Below, piece after piece: positions 1-9,644 of a DNA stretch of 53,144 bases; the stretch's first letter is position 1; each line of letters begins with the position of its first letter. The position numbers were made by a program, and so were the translations under genes. The notes below the pieces were generated by a model. That model worked only from the letters and a program-made list of their open reading frames with translations, ran no database searches and was not told the DNA's origin. This DNA comes from a virus (lineage: Duplodnaviria > Caudoviricetes), in the IMG/VR virus record IMGVR_UViG_3300012920_000053, positions 1-53,144 of that record; one strand, written 5' to 3'.

Positions 1-285
1 AAAACAGTTCTCATCGAGAGATACGCGAGCGGTTTGGAAAGTTTTGATAAAAGCCTTTAGTTTATTTCTGATACGCTCCCAGCGGTGAATTAAGAACTCT
101 GGACACATCTCATCAAGCGTCTTGCCATTGCAATAAAGCTTTGCATATTCTATTTCTCTACCTTTCAAGAAAGAGGAGTAAGACCACGTATGGGTCAGCT
201 CGGCTGGCAACTCTTCTCCGAAGATCAAATCTTTATAGAAGAATCCTACACAATCTTTTTTGTCATCAAGTGTTTGAAAAATCAA
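1..285 (-). CDS. 5' part of a gene running off the left edge; possibly a family-A DNA polymerase-like replication protein
   Basis: Not in the ORF track. Manual translation from TTG at 285 is open to position 1: MIFQTLDDKKDCVGFFYKDLIFGEELPAELTHTWSYSSFLKGREIEYAKLYCNGKTLDEMCPEFLIHRWERIRNKLKAF... A sigma70-like promoter lies upstream at 452-480. The product is a weak guess because no catalytic motifs are visible. Confidence 0.45.
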   Translation of the reverse strand, partial: MIFQTLDDKKDCVGFFYKDLIFGEELPAELTHTWSYSSFLKGREIEYAKLYCNGKTLDEMCPEFLIHRWERIRNKLKAFIKTFQTARVSLDENCF

Positions 286-298
286 TTTTTACTCTATA

Positions 299-1606
299 CT
301 AGAAAATAGTTTTTTTCTTTATTCTGGTTGTTCTCTTTAGTTCTTCGCTCAACGAAGATTCGAGAGTTGTTCCAGATTCCAAAATATATTTTTTGGCTTC
401 TCTGTAATTTGTGGACCCTTCGCTAAAAGGTATTTGCGGAAACCTATTTCTAATATATAACATATAGGGCCGGCTGTCAAGTTTTTTTCTCAAATCTGCT
501 ACATTTCTTGCCATGACTTTCAATTCTTCCTCTGTATAGCCTATTTTAGTTTCATAATTTTTTATTTTCAAATACAGCTCTGCCCACTCTACTTCTGCAA
601 GGCTTGTAAATATTTGGCCGGCCAATTTTTGAGGCCGGCGCCGTAATGTAATTTCAAAACAATTTCTAGCATTTAGTTCTATTTTTCTATCTATTTTATT
701 TACAGATATGGCGGATTGGTATAAGTTGGAAATAATGTTTTTTATATCTGATATGGGATCTGGATCCGGAGACAAGAAATAAGTTGCAAAAAATAATTTT
801 CTATCAAAACCAGAACTCAACATTTCTTGATTGATATAATTTTGCATTACTGGATTATCTATGTCTGCAATTAGTCTCCATGGGGCATTCTTATCAATAA
901 GAAACCCGTGACTAATGGCGGCTTGCTTATATGCGGGCAAGTTGACGCTATTATAGAAGTTTTTTATTTTTTCCTCGTCAGAAGAATAATCATAATCAGC
1001 GATAGTCACCATCATTCCAGAACATTGATTGGATATCATGTTTGTCATCATGAATCCTGTCCTTGTGAGGGGGAAAGAAGTGGAAAAAAATTCATAAAAT
1101 TCTAAAAAAATATCACTAAACACATGAATATCGTCTAAATTTCTTTTCTTATCTGTAGGTAGCCTCTGTAAATATTTCATAAAGAACGACTTTAGGCTGT
1201 TGATATATATTCCGTACCCGATATTGGCATCAACCCATCCAGTTTTTGCTACAAATTTTTCAAAATGCTCGTCTGAAGAAGAAATATTGCCCGAGCGCAC
1301 TGCGGTGGCTATTGCGCGCTTCATATCCTCAAAGGCTTGGGCGACGAAATCAAAAACTAAAACGTCTTCTTTTTGATCTAACCTAGCTAAACGTTGAGGA
1401 TTTGAGATTATAACATTTCCTGTAGGGTTTATTTTTCCATGCAAGCCTATTTCCGAGAAAAATAAATTTTTTGCTTCATCTATGGACTGTTTAGGTTTTC
1501 CGTTTTCAGATAATGCAAAACCCTTGAAGAACGTGCGCTCCAAAAAAATTTCGAAAGATCCAAGATCGTTTTTCCCTCTAAAATATTTTGGATCAAAAGG
1601 ATTCAT
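299..1606 (-). CDS. Hypothetical phage protein (~435 aa)
   Basis: Long ORF. The likely start is ATG at 1606 (MNPFDPK), which overlaps the upstream stop as ATGA and has GGAGG upstream. No recognisable motif. Confidence 0.7.
   Translation of the reverse strand: MNPFDPKYFRGKNDLGSFEIFLERTFFKGFALSENGKPKQSIDEAKNLFFSEIGLHGKINPTGNVIISNPQRLARLDQKEDVLVFDFVAQAFEDMKRAIATAVRSGNISSSDEHFEKFVAKTGWVDANIGYGIYINSLKSFFMKYLQRLPTDKKRNLDDIHVFSDIFLEFYEFFSTSFPLTRTGFMMTNMISNQCSGMMVTIADYDYSSDEEKIKNFYNSVNLPAYKQAAISHGFLIDKNAPWRLIADIDNPVMQNYINQEMLSSGFDRKLFFATYFLSPDPDPISDIKNIISNLYQSAISVNKIDRKIELNARNCFEITLRRRPQKLAGQIFTSLAEVEWAELYLKIKNYETKIGYTEEELKVMARNVADLRKKLDSRPYMLYIRNRFPQIPFSEGSTNYREAKKYILESGTTLESSLSEELKRTTRIKKKTIF
452..480 (-). 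promoter_or_regulatory. Sigma70-type promoter TTGACA-N17-TATATT inside the 3' end of the upstream gene
   Basis: Minus strand reads TTGACA(480-475) gccggccctatatgtta TATATT(457-452), with an A-tract upstream of the -35. It points at the ORF starting at 285. Confidence 0.7.
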
Positions 1607-4600
1607 TTTATCTCTGTTGCCTCCACATTTGAGCAATTAGGAGTTTCCGCGTCTGTTCTGCTATCTTTCTTAGCTCTTCCATCGCCACTATATTCAAATC
1701 TTGCTGTGATATTAGTCGAAAAGCCATCTTCATCCATGACCGAATTGACTCCTGTCACAAGATGATAGCCGCCTAGGCCCATTATGTTGGACATAGAATT
1801 ACAATCCCAAGGAAGGCCAATAGACTTTCCTAGTCCAAATGGATTGATAAACAAATATTGTCCTGGATAAAATATGGTATTTCCAAACATTTCAATATCA
1901 ACATCATAAACGTTTGCCAGAGTAGACAGAGGATTATAAGACTCCTCTACAAACCTAGCTTCTCGCAAGTACGGCGCGTCTGTTTTTTTGAAATTGGCTC
2001 TCTTGAATATGGAGCGGTTCTCTCCAATATGAAAGTGATATATTCCCGCTTGTTTGTCAAACTCCTGTATTCCCCTCAAATGAAGAGGGCTTTTGTTTTC
2101 AACATATATTGTCAGGTAGTGGTAGGCCCGATTTGCCGAATTTGATTCTGGATTGGTATAAGGGACGATTGTATTTTCCTCTGTTATAGTATCTAAATCT
2201 ATTGTCAAGCCAGCAATTGAGCCGCCCGCTTGAGCTTCTGGCGATAGATTTATATTATTTGCTTGGTTTTCTAAAATCTTTGATGCGATTGGATCGATGG
2301 TTTCTTTCGACCCTACACCAACTGGTTTTCCTGGCATTGTCAGAACTGTAGACTTAACTTCAAGATCCATCTTTATTGACGCGTCTTCTTCAGAATTGGC
2401 ACCCAGAATTTCATCTAACATGTATCTCATAAAGTCCCTAATGAAATCCAAAAGACTGTATACGTCTCTCTTTTTTGCCAACACTCTTCGGATCATAAAA
2501 TTATTGAAAACCATCAGAGATATAGGTAGGGCGCCTAAATTTACCCTATATGGTGCTTGTGCTGACCCCTTAGCTCTAGGGAACCATTCCATTGTCCCCA
2601 ATATTACCTTGATATTATCCAAAGCTTCTTGAGGTAATGTTGCGTCATTCTTAGTAAGTTCGTTCTGCCTTGTTGGGTTTAGAACTCTTTGGGCCAACAA
2701 TTCTACTAAATCTCCGAAAAAGAAATAATGTATATTATAAACCCCGTCTTGAATATCCACTGTGGTTCTCAAAAACTTATTTATATCTTCGGGTATTTCT
2801 CCAGTTTCCTCAAAACTTGCTATTTCTGAATTTGTTTGATAATCTGAATATAATTGAGCAACACTTTGATACGAGGAATAGGCGGATAAGGCTGCTCCAA
2901 TTGGAGTCAGGGCAAGAGGAGACGCAAGAATAGCTTCGCCTGGAGTATCGATCCCTGTCGTCGTGGAGATTGTTTGGATTGTATCATTTACAGTGTTTAC
3001 TTGATTCTGAACCATTTGCTTTTCGGAGATTGATTTGGGTCCGATTTGTGCTGAATTGGATATTTTCTCGGCTAGAGATTTTTGAATCTTTTCGGTGCCT
3101 ACTGTTATTCCCGCAGTGTCTTTATCATAAAGGTATTCTTCTGCATCATCGAGTTTGTATCCCGCTTCGACGAATTTTGCAACATCGATACCGACATGAA
3201 AAAGTCTTGGATATGTCTTCACTTCTCCATTTCCAGAAAGATCATCTACAATACTTTGATAGCTTTCTTGTCTAAATTTCTTTTTTCTTTCTTCATACTC
3301 ATCTTTTAGTTTTTTTAGAGATTCCCTTGTTTGTTCGCTTTTTTCACACTCTTTTTGTAGCTTCTTTATCTGATTCTCAAATTTTGCCCTTCTTGAAATA
3401 ATATTTGTAGTTGCCAGAATGTCCGCTCTCTTATCTTGTAAGAGAGCATCCAGCCTTGCTCGATAGGTTATAGAAAGGGTAAGCGTTCCATCTTCCTCTA
3501 TTCCAAACTCATGATCGATAAGAGTCATAAACAACACTTCATTGAAATAACTCAAATCACTAATGTGTTCATTATCGCCTCTTACCTTGTTTTCCAAATC
3601 TGTACCTTTGAAATTCCATCCAACAATAATTTTTGTTTCAAATTTCTCTATCTTTTTTTGCTCGGAAGTTTGGTCACTATCTGCTGACACAGAACATGAT
3701 CTTTGCTCATCTTCTGCTTCATTTTCTGGATTTCTCAATATTAAATCCACATACCTATAATTATAGGACTTGCCATTTCTATCTATACTTGTTCTTTTTT
3801 CAAAAAGATCATCAAAAGATTGAAAATATATTTCCAACTTTGCTTTAAGGTCATTTCTGGCCGTAACTGGATTTGTGCCTACATATTCCCATTCGAAAGA
3901 TTTTACACCTACTGCTTCTCTGCCACGAGATTCCAGTATTGAAGCCTGTGTTAGGTCTCCAGAGGTAATATTATTCTTGTTAGCAAACTTGTGCTCAACT
4001 TCTCGAACGAATTTGTTATTTTCATTATAAACAATCTGATATAATCTAAATTTTGGTGCCAATTGGGATATCTCATGCGTTCTAAAATTCAAGAAAGTTG
4101 ACATTCCCGGCTTCAAGGTTAGCTTATTCACCATCTCCGAGGGCTTCCCATACATCAAATACGTTTTTTCATATTTCTTTTCTCTCTTTTTTACCAAGGC
4201 TGTGTAATTTTCCGCTAGTGATTTCAGGTTCCTCATTAATATTGTTTGCTCGGAAAATCTAAGGGACTTGTCCACATCCTCTATAGAATCTATATCCTCT
4301 ATATTGGTGAAGTCGCCGGCTTCGGCGGCTTCGCGAAGTTGTTTTAGGCGTAAAGCTTCGTCTAGAGTTAGGGCTTCTCCCCTCTCTTGCTTCTCAAGCA
4401 ATTCTTTGTATTCGGAACGATTTGCGATGGCATCTGGAATGTCTGTAATTCCATCTCCTTCCTCGTTGTACCATGAAATCGATAAGACTGCCCTCTCATA
4501 GTACATAAAATGGATTAGCCACCTAACAGCACTTTCTTTATTGGGCTTATCTAGCCAAGTATTGCTACTCAAAAGACTATTTACTTTTCCGGTTTGCCAC

Positions 4601-5088
4601 GAGTAATACAGCTGATTTGTAAAATCCATGGAAGTGGCGAAAACCGTAAAATTGTCCCAAATTGTTTTTCGAAATTCTTGTCTAGTGAAATATGTCTTTT
4701 CATATGGATTATCAGGTATGATCGGGTCGATTATTGAATCCCATGAAGTATATAAATCATCCAAGGCTTTTTCATCATCGGGATTGCTAAGATAATATAT
4801 CATTTTTGTGGCAGCTTTTTCTACTAGACCAGCAGCGATATATTTTTGGTACCTCACAAAAGAGTCTCTTAGTTGTTTTAAACCTACTTCTGACGCTCCA
4901 GCTGCTGTTGGATTTTCTTTTTTTATATTATCTTCTTCATAGCTAGACTCGATCTGCTGGTTTAGCTTTCGAATATAGTCAGTAAGAGCTATCGAAAGAA
5001 ACGACAGATCTATGGGCGTAATAGTTTTTTCGAACATCAATGCTAGATTCATTAGCGTTGTTGGTCTAGGTCCTGCTTGTCTTCCCAT
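1603..5088 (-). CDS. Baseplate hub-like protein (gp27/GpD/VgrG-like C-terminus), 1161 aa
   Basis: C-terminal YDVDIEMFGNTIFYPGQYLFIN...LGGYHLVTGVNSVMDEDGFSTNITARF resembles hub/late-control D proteins. It follows the tape measure, tube-cap and LysM genes. Confidence 0.6.
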   Translation of the reverse strand: MGRQAGPRPTTLMNLALMFEKTITPIDLSFLSIALTDYIRKLNQQIESSYEEDNIKKENPTAAGASEVGLKQLRDSFVRYQKYIAAGLVEKAATKMIYYLSNPDDEKALDDLYTSWDSIIDPIIPDNPYEKTYFTRQEFRKTIWDNFTVFATSMDFTNQLYYSWQTGKVNSLLSSNTWLDKPNKESAVRWLIHFMYYERAVLSISWYNEEGDGITDIPDAIANRSEYKELLEKQERGEALTLDEALRLKQLREAAEAGDFTNIEDIDSIEDVDKSLRFSEQTILMRNLKSLAENYTALVKKREKKYEKTYLMYGKPSEMVNKLTLKPGMSTFLNFRTHEISQLAPKFRLYQIVYNENNKFVREVEHKFANKNNITSGDLTQASILESRGREAVGVKSFEWEYVGTNPVTARNDLKAKLEIYFQSFDDLFEKRTSIDRNGKSYNYRYVDLILRNPENEAEDEQRSCSVSADSDQTSEQKKIEKFETKIIVGWNFKGTDLENKVRGDNEHISDLSYFNEVLFMTLIDHEFGIEEDGTLTLSITYRARLDALLQDKRADILATTNIISRRAKFENQIKKLQKECEKSEQTRESLKKLKDEYEERKKKFRQESYQSIVDDLSGNGEVKTYPRLFHVGIDVAKFVEAGYKLDDAEEYLYDKDTAGITVGTEKIQKSLAEKISNSAQIGPKSISEKQMVQNQVNTVNDTIQTISTTTGIDTPGEAILASPLALTPIGAALSAYSSYQSVAQLYSDYQTNSEIASFEETGEIPEDINKFLRTTVDIQDGVYNIHYFFFGDLVELLAQRVLNPTRQNELTKNDATLPQEALDNIKVILGTMEWFPRAKGSAQAPYRVNLGALPISLMVFNNFMIRRVLAKKRDVYSLLDFIRDFMRYMLDEILGANSEEDASIKMDLEVKSTVLTMPGKPVGVGSKETIDPIASKILENQANNINLSPEAQAGGSIAGLTIDLDTITEENTIVPYTNPESNSANRAYHYLTIYVENKSPLHLRGIQEFDKQAGIYHFHIGENRSIFKRANFKKTDAPYLREARFVEESYNPLSTLANVYDVDIEMFGNTIFYPGQYLFINPFGLGKSIGLPWDCNSMSNIMGLGGYHLVTGVNSVMDEDGFSTNITARFEYSGDGRAKKDSRTDAETPNCSNVEATEIK

Positions 5089-5097
5089 CTCTAACCT

Positions 5098-5439
5098 CTA
5101 CTCTTTATCATAATATCTCATCACTTTTTCAAGAGGAAAAGGAATAGATAAAATGTCACCAATTTTAACATGACTTTCTGTCGGCTTCATATTATACCAA
5201 GCAATCACCCACCAAAATCTAGAATCTCCGTAGTATTCATATGATAGCTTATAAAATCTATCCCCTATTTTCCAGATATGATTCACGCTGTCAATAGATA
5301 ATTTTTGAGCTGTAGTTGGGTATCCAATTTCGTTGGTCATAAATTGTCTTATTTGTTTGACCTTCCTTTCCTCAAAAAACTCATCATACATCTCGTTATC
5401 ATTTATTCTTATTACTCTTTTATTATCTCTAGTTGGCAT
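5098..5439 (-). CDS. LysM-like baseplate protein (T4 gp53 / P2 gpX-like)
   Basis: HIWKIGDRFYKLSYEYYGDSRFWWVIAWYN...HVKIGDILSIP is the typical gp53/gpX LysM signature, in the canonical position before the hub gene. Confidence 0.8.
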   Translation of the reverse strand: MPTRDNKRVIRINDNEMYDEFFEERKVKQIRQFMTNEIGYPTTAQKLSIDSVNHIWKIGDRFYKLSYEYYGDSRFWWVIAWYNMKPTESHVKIGDILSIPFPLEKVMRYYDKE

Positions 5440-6291
5440 CTATTCATCTCCGGTATCTGGAAGTATCATCGAAAACTCAGAGTCCGGAGACACAAAATCA
5501 GGATTCGTTACATAATCTACCTGCGCAGTTTCGACTGAATTTCCAGATGTTGATCCAAGTTGCTTTGCGACCGCAGCTGCTTTCGAGACTGGGGCGGCTG
5601 GATTTTGGAAAGCTTCTTGTGGCGAAGTAGAAAAAGGGAGGCCCGTGGCGACGAAGGGGAAATTACTTCCTCCTTGTCCCTTGTTTTCTCCAACAGCTCC
5701 AAGCCAGTTTCCATCTTGTGTCCAGCCCAAGTCATGCTCGTGAAGTATATTCAGAGTACAAGAAACATTGATTGTCTTCGGAACAAGGTTATTGTGATAA
5801 TCAAAAACACCCTCATCGTTCCAATCTGGAGTATATTCAAAGCCACTGACGGCGGCAATAAGCCCCTTGTTGGGCGCTGACTGAATCCAGTTTACAAACC
5901 TCACCCTCATCAGGGGAGGCTTGGCCATCGTGAGAGCATTACCAATTTGAGTTTTTCCAGTAGCCACCTTTATGTCTGGTATATCGTATGTGGGATACAG
6001 CATTCTTGTCAATAGATTTATTTTTTTCAGGTTTTCAGCGGCCTCTTCTGCGTTTACAGAGGTCGTCTTGAAAGATAGGTTTATTGTTCTTTGGGTGTTT
6101 TGAAAAGTTTGAATAGGATCCATTCTACCGAATACAGTTTGAGTATTCCAATTTGAAGAAAAGGATTGGGTAAAATTATCTATAAAAGCTTTGAATTTTA
6201 CTTTAGCACCCGGAGTATGTAAGCTCTGAAAGTGGATATATAATCCTTTATTTTCAGCATAGCTAGTTGTCGAGCTTGGTATTTCCGCCAT
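5440..6291 (-). CDS. Tail tube initiator / baseplate tube-cap protein (gp48/gp54-like)
   Basis: FKAFIDNFTQSFSSNWNTQTVFGRMDPIQTFQNTQRTINLSF...PPLMRVRF...VPKTINVSCTL is a tube-fold pattern. It lies between the tape measure and LysM genes. Confidence 0.7.
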   Translation of the reverse strand: MAEIPSSTTSYAENKGLYIHFQSLHTPGAKVKFKAFIDNFTQSFSSNWNTQTVFGRMDPIQTFQNTQRTINLSFKTTSVNAEEAAENLKKINLLTRMLYPTYDIPDIKVATGKTQIGNALTMAKPPLMRVRFVNWIQSAPNKGLIAAVSGFEYTPDWNDEGVFDYHNNLVPKTINVSCTLNILHEHDLGWTQDGNWLGAVGENKGQGGSNFPFVATGLPFSTSPQEAFQNPAAPVSKAAAVAKQLGSTSGNSVETAQVDYVTNPDFVSPDSEFSMILPDTGDE

Positions 6292-6312
6292 AGTAATAGC
6301 TTCTCCTGTAAA

Positions 6313-6322
6313 ACTAATTAGT
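6313..6322 (-). promoter_or_regulatory. Variant late-promoter-like motif (ACTAATTAGT)
   Basis: Intergenic, ~20 nt upstream of the ATG at 6291 and just before an AGGAG RBS. Confidence 0.5.
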
Positions 6323-6333
6323 TAGAAGATGAA

Positions 6334-9009
6334 TTATGTTGCAAAAGATAAGTCGGTATCTGTTGAAAACATTCCATTTACAATCTTTCCTGTCTGTTTT
6401 GCCAAGACTCTTTCCTTCAGTTTTAGGACAATTGTTACTGGCTGGCCTGATTGTGCTGTTGCTGCGGCTGGCGAAGTTCCAGCGTTACCCGTTGCAACAA
6501 CCTTTGTTATAGCTGTGACCGAATCCATAGTTGTTGACAGTTGAATTGCTTTTTCGGTATCTAACTTATTGACTTCTGCAACAATCTTCTTGATGCCTTC
6601 AGATACTCCATCCATGTCTTGTTGCGTCTGCTGCATCAAAGAAGATAGGGACCCGAAGAAGGTGCCCAATATTTCAATATTTGTTAGATCTAAGCTATTG
6701 ATAAATTTATTCATGCCCCACATAGCAAATCCTACAGCAACAAGTCCGAGAGCGATGAGGGGCAAAAAGTTAAGAAGAGGTACCATCAAAAAGAGCGTGG
6801 CAACAAACCCAGAGAAAGCGATAGAGAAACCAAGCATCTTTTCGGGAGTTGCTGTTTTCAACAATTCTGCAAATGATTTTACTAAGTATCCCATCCCAAC
6901 AGCAATCAGGGCAACACCCGCGCCAGCCATGAGTGCGGCGGCGCCAACAGCCAAAAGAACCCCCGCTGCGCCAGCAACTAGTGCTGCCTGTGGCCCTGCG
7001 ACCAATGCTGAAAGGGCACTAATCACCGCTATTACTCCTATTCCGAATGCAACAATCGCAACAGTTGCACCAATCATTTGGGCAATATCAAGCTGGCTAA
7101 ATGCCAAGGCTATCGCCGCAATGCCTAGGGCGGCTAAAAACACCCCTCCACCAATCAAAAGAAGAGCAAAACCAAAAGCGATCAATTGGCCCGCGCTGGC
7201 GCCAGCCGCTCGACCACTTTGAGACATCTGCCTCTGCTGCCTTTGCATTCCCTGTGTACCTTCATCAATAACTTGATTTTGAGCAGTTTGTGCAGTTGTT
7301 TGAACTCCAGTGGCCCAAGCATCTTTTATTTTTGCGGCTGTGTTGGAAACAAGAGCGGCAGTGTTTTTGAATATCCCACTAGTGAGAAAGTTTTTGACTG
7401 TAGTCAAGGCTGCAACGGAGGCCCTATAAGCATCTCCGGCAGCGCCAACCAAAAACAAAGTTTTCTTCAATGTGACAAAAGCACCAGTAACTAAGATTAC
7501 CCCAGGGATAAAATATCCGTCAAAATATGCATTTACATCCTGTATTAGCTGAAGGAATCCTTTGAATACTTTGATTACGGGGCGCATACTAACTGCAAAT
7601 TGTCGGACCGTCTGAATCAATTCTTCTTTGATTGTTTGAAATTCTCTGGCGGCCTCTGCTTGGGCGGCCAATTCTTCTTGGCTTTGTTGCTGTGCAGGTA
7701 CTGCTGCATCGAATCCGTCCCTCATAAGGAGAGCCAATTCAGAAACATCTGAAAGGCCCATGGCATCTGCAAGAGCTTTTCTTTGGTAATAACTCATTTC
7801 GTCGAAACTCTTACCAGACTGATTTACCGCTTGAGACAACATTCTCATTCTTTCTGTAGGGTCGGTTGTGGTGACCATGTCTAACGAACTCAAGAAAGGA
7901 CCACCTAAAATGGCGTTTAGTCTACCAACAGATTCTGCGGCTCCATCGAAAGTATCAAACTTTTCAACAATTGACAGCATCTGATCCACTGCCATGCCGC
8001 TCTGCTTTGCAGCTGCCTGAAGACGTTTGAAAGTGTCAACTCCCTGCTCTCCAAAGGCGGCCATCTTTGGCATTGCTGTTGCAAAATTAGATGCCACCTC
8101 TTCGGGGGCCATGCCAATATTTTGAGCGAATGTAAATAATTCTCTTGAAGTCTCAGCGGCTTGAATGCCGGACATACCAAACACCTTTGTTAGTGACTGT
8201 ATATTTCTTGCAGTAACCTCTGCTGAAACTCCCATTTCGTTCAATACCGCTGTTGTGTCGGCAACCTGCTTTTGTGTAGCAGGACCCATTCTATTATAAT
8301 CTGTAACTGTGTTGAATAAAGTACTCAAGGCATGACCAGCCTCATCGGCTGTGACTCCTACGCCAGAAAACTCATGCTCCAAAGCGATCATTTGGCTTTC
8401 TAGCCCAGGGGCTGCACCTGTTAGCTTGTTCATTTGCGCTATAGCTTCATCTTGTGCGTAAGCCAGAGCCATTGTGGCTTCTTGGACTTTCATCAAAGAA
8501 GATCCAAGAATATTCATGGGCGTAAATGTTTCCTTAAGTCCCATAGATAAGGCTGCCCAACCTTCTGGCTCTAGGAGCATTCCCCAAGTTGTTTTTTTCC
8601 AAGCGTCAGAAATTCCCGTTATACCAGTCAATATTGTGTTGAATTGATCTCTGTTGGCCTTTTTGAGCTTGATTGAGGCCTCTATTTGCTTATAGTTAAG
8701 TTCCAAATCTCGAAGATTAGCTTGATATTTTTCTTCGGTCAGCTGACCGGTTTTTTTAAGATACTTTTGCTCTTCTTTGGCATTTTCTAGATTGGCCTTT
8801 TGAGATGCGATTTCGCTATCCATCTGTGCATCATGGACAGCTTTGAGGTCAGAAAGCGCTTCGCGTTGCTCATGTAGCATCTCGATAAGGACGCGTCTGC
8901 GCTTTATTGCATCAGGATCACCTTTGGATAATTCTTCTTCAGCTATCCTATCTCTTTTTCGCAGTTCTTTTATAAGCTCTTCATTAGTCATTTCTGTGTA
9001 TTCAGCCAT
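6334..9009 (-). CDS. Tape measure protein, 891 aa
   Basis: Ala-rich helical protein with an N-terminal coiled coil and a long hydrophobic Gly/Ala-rich C-terminal region. It sits downstream of the tube and chaperone genes. Confidence 0.85.
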   Translation of the reverse strand: MAEYTEMTNEELIKELRKRDRIAEEELSKGDPDAIKRRRVLIEMLHEQREALSDLKAVHDAQMDSEIASQKANLENAKEEQKYLKKTGQLTEEKYQANLRDLELNYKQIEASIKLKKANRDQFNTILTGITGISDAWKKTTWGMLLEPEGWAALSMGLKETFTPMNILGSSLMKVQEATMALAYAQDEAIAQMNKLTGAAPGLESQMIALEHEFSGVGVTADEAGHALSTLFNTVTDYNRMGPATQKQVADTTAVLNEMGVSAEVTARNIQSLTKVFGMSGIQAAETSRELFTFAQNIGMAPEEVASNFATAMPKMAAFGEQGVDTFKRLQAAAKQSGMAVDQMLSIVEKFDTFDGAAESVGRLNAILGGPFLSSLDMVTTTDPTERMRMLSQAVNQSGKSFDEMSYYQRKALADAMGLSDVSELALLMRDGFDAAVPAQQQSQEELAAQAEAAREFQTIKEELIQTVRQFAVSMRPVIKVFKGFLQLIQDVNAYFDGYFIPGVILVTGAFVTLKKTLFLVGAAGDAYRASVAALTTVKNFLTSGIFKNTAALVSNTAAKIKDAWATGVQTTAQTAQNQVIDEGTQGMQRQQRQMSQSGRAAGASAGQLIAFGFALLLIGGGVFLAALGIAAIALAFSQLDIAQMIGATVAIVAFGIGVIAVISALSALVAGPQAALVAGAAGVLLAVGAAALMAGAGVALIAVGMGYLVKSFAELLKTATPEKMLGFSIAFSGFVATLFLMVPLLNFLPLIALGLVAVGFAMWGMNKFINSLDLTNIEILGTFFGSLSSLMQQTQQDMDGVSEGIKKIVAEVNKLDTEKAIQLSTTMDSVTAITKVVATGNAGTSPAAATAQSGQPVTIVLKLKERVLAKQTGKIVNGMFSTDTDLSFAT

Positions 9010-9023
9010 TTAAAATCTCCAAA

Positions 9024-9371
9024 TTATTTAAATGGCCACTTCAGACCAGTATCTTTCTCGAACCCCTTGATTGCTTTTTCTAATTTTTTCTTATCTTGAA
9101 AAGTTCTAGGATTATCTAAACCATATTTTTTGGAAGATTCAAGATATCTTTTTTCCCTACCTAACGTTCTAGCAAATGAATTGACATCTCCTCGACTTCC
9201 ACTGATTGACCAACCTGCTGGGGATCCTACACGGCCGCCGAACATTCTATCCAAAATCAGCTTTACAGAGGAACCAAACATTGCAAGAAAGCTTTCATTT
9301 AGTTCGTTCTTTTTCAACTCTTCTAAATCAATGTGAATTGATACAATCTCTTCTTCGTTCAATAAATTCAT
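9024..9371 (-). CDS. Hypothetical phage protein, 115 aa
   Basis: ORF with an AGGAG RBS (9381-9385) and the ACTATTTATA motif upstream. Confidence 0.75.
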   Translation of the reverse strand: MNLLNEEEIVSIHIDLEELKKNELNESFLAMFGSSVKLILDRMFGGRVGSPAGWSISGSRGDVNSFARTLGREKRYLESSKKYGLDNPRTFQDKKKLEKAIKGFEKDTGLKWPFK

Positions 9372-9390
9372 TAAAAGAATCTCCTAACAT

Positions 9391-9400
9391 TATAAATAGT
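9391..9400 (-). promoter_or_regulatory. Late-promoter-like motif ACTATTTATA
   Basis: + strand tataaatagt, 20 nt upstream of the ATG at 9371 and directly after a terminator. Confidence 0.65.
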
Positions 9401-9405
9401 CTTGT

Positions 9406-9446
9406 AAAAAGAAAAATGGAGACGGTTTTGCACTATCTCCATTTTC
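9406..9446 (-). terminator. Rho-independent terminator after the gp51-like ORF
   Basis: Inverted repeat gaaaaatggaga...tctccattttc followed by a U-tract on the minus strand. Confidence 0.6.
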
Positions 9447-9448
9447 AT

Positions 9449-9644
9449 TTATTTTTTATTTTGGGCGCGCTTTGCTTCTTCGTGTTCTTGTTTTTTCTGT
9501 TCTACGAGCCTCTGCAAAAACCACTTTCTTAGCCCAACGGGCAAACTATATGCTTCTGTGAAGCTCCACGTTCCATGGTACATCAAGATGTGCAATTCTT
9601 CGTAAACGCCCTTTTCTAAATATTCATCACTTAGGCCAAAAAAA
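9449..9644 (-). CDS. T4 gp51-like tail/baseplate assembly chaperone segment, probably the frameshift extension of the upstream gp26-like gene
   Basis: VYEELHILMYHGTWSFTEAYSLPVGLRKWFLQRL resembles gp51/tail-chaperone C-terminal segments. It has no convincing own RBS/start and overlaps the upstream ORF at a T7 run. Confidence 0.6.
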
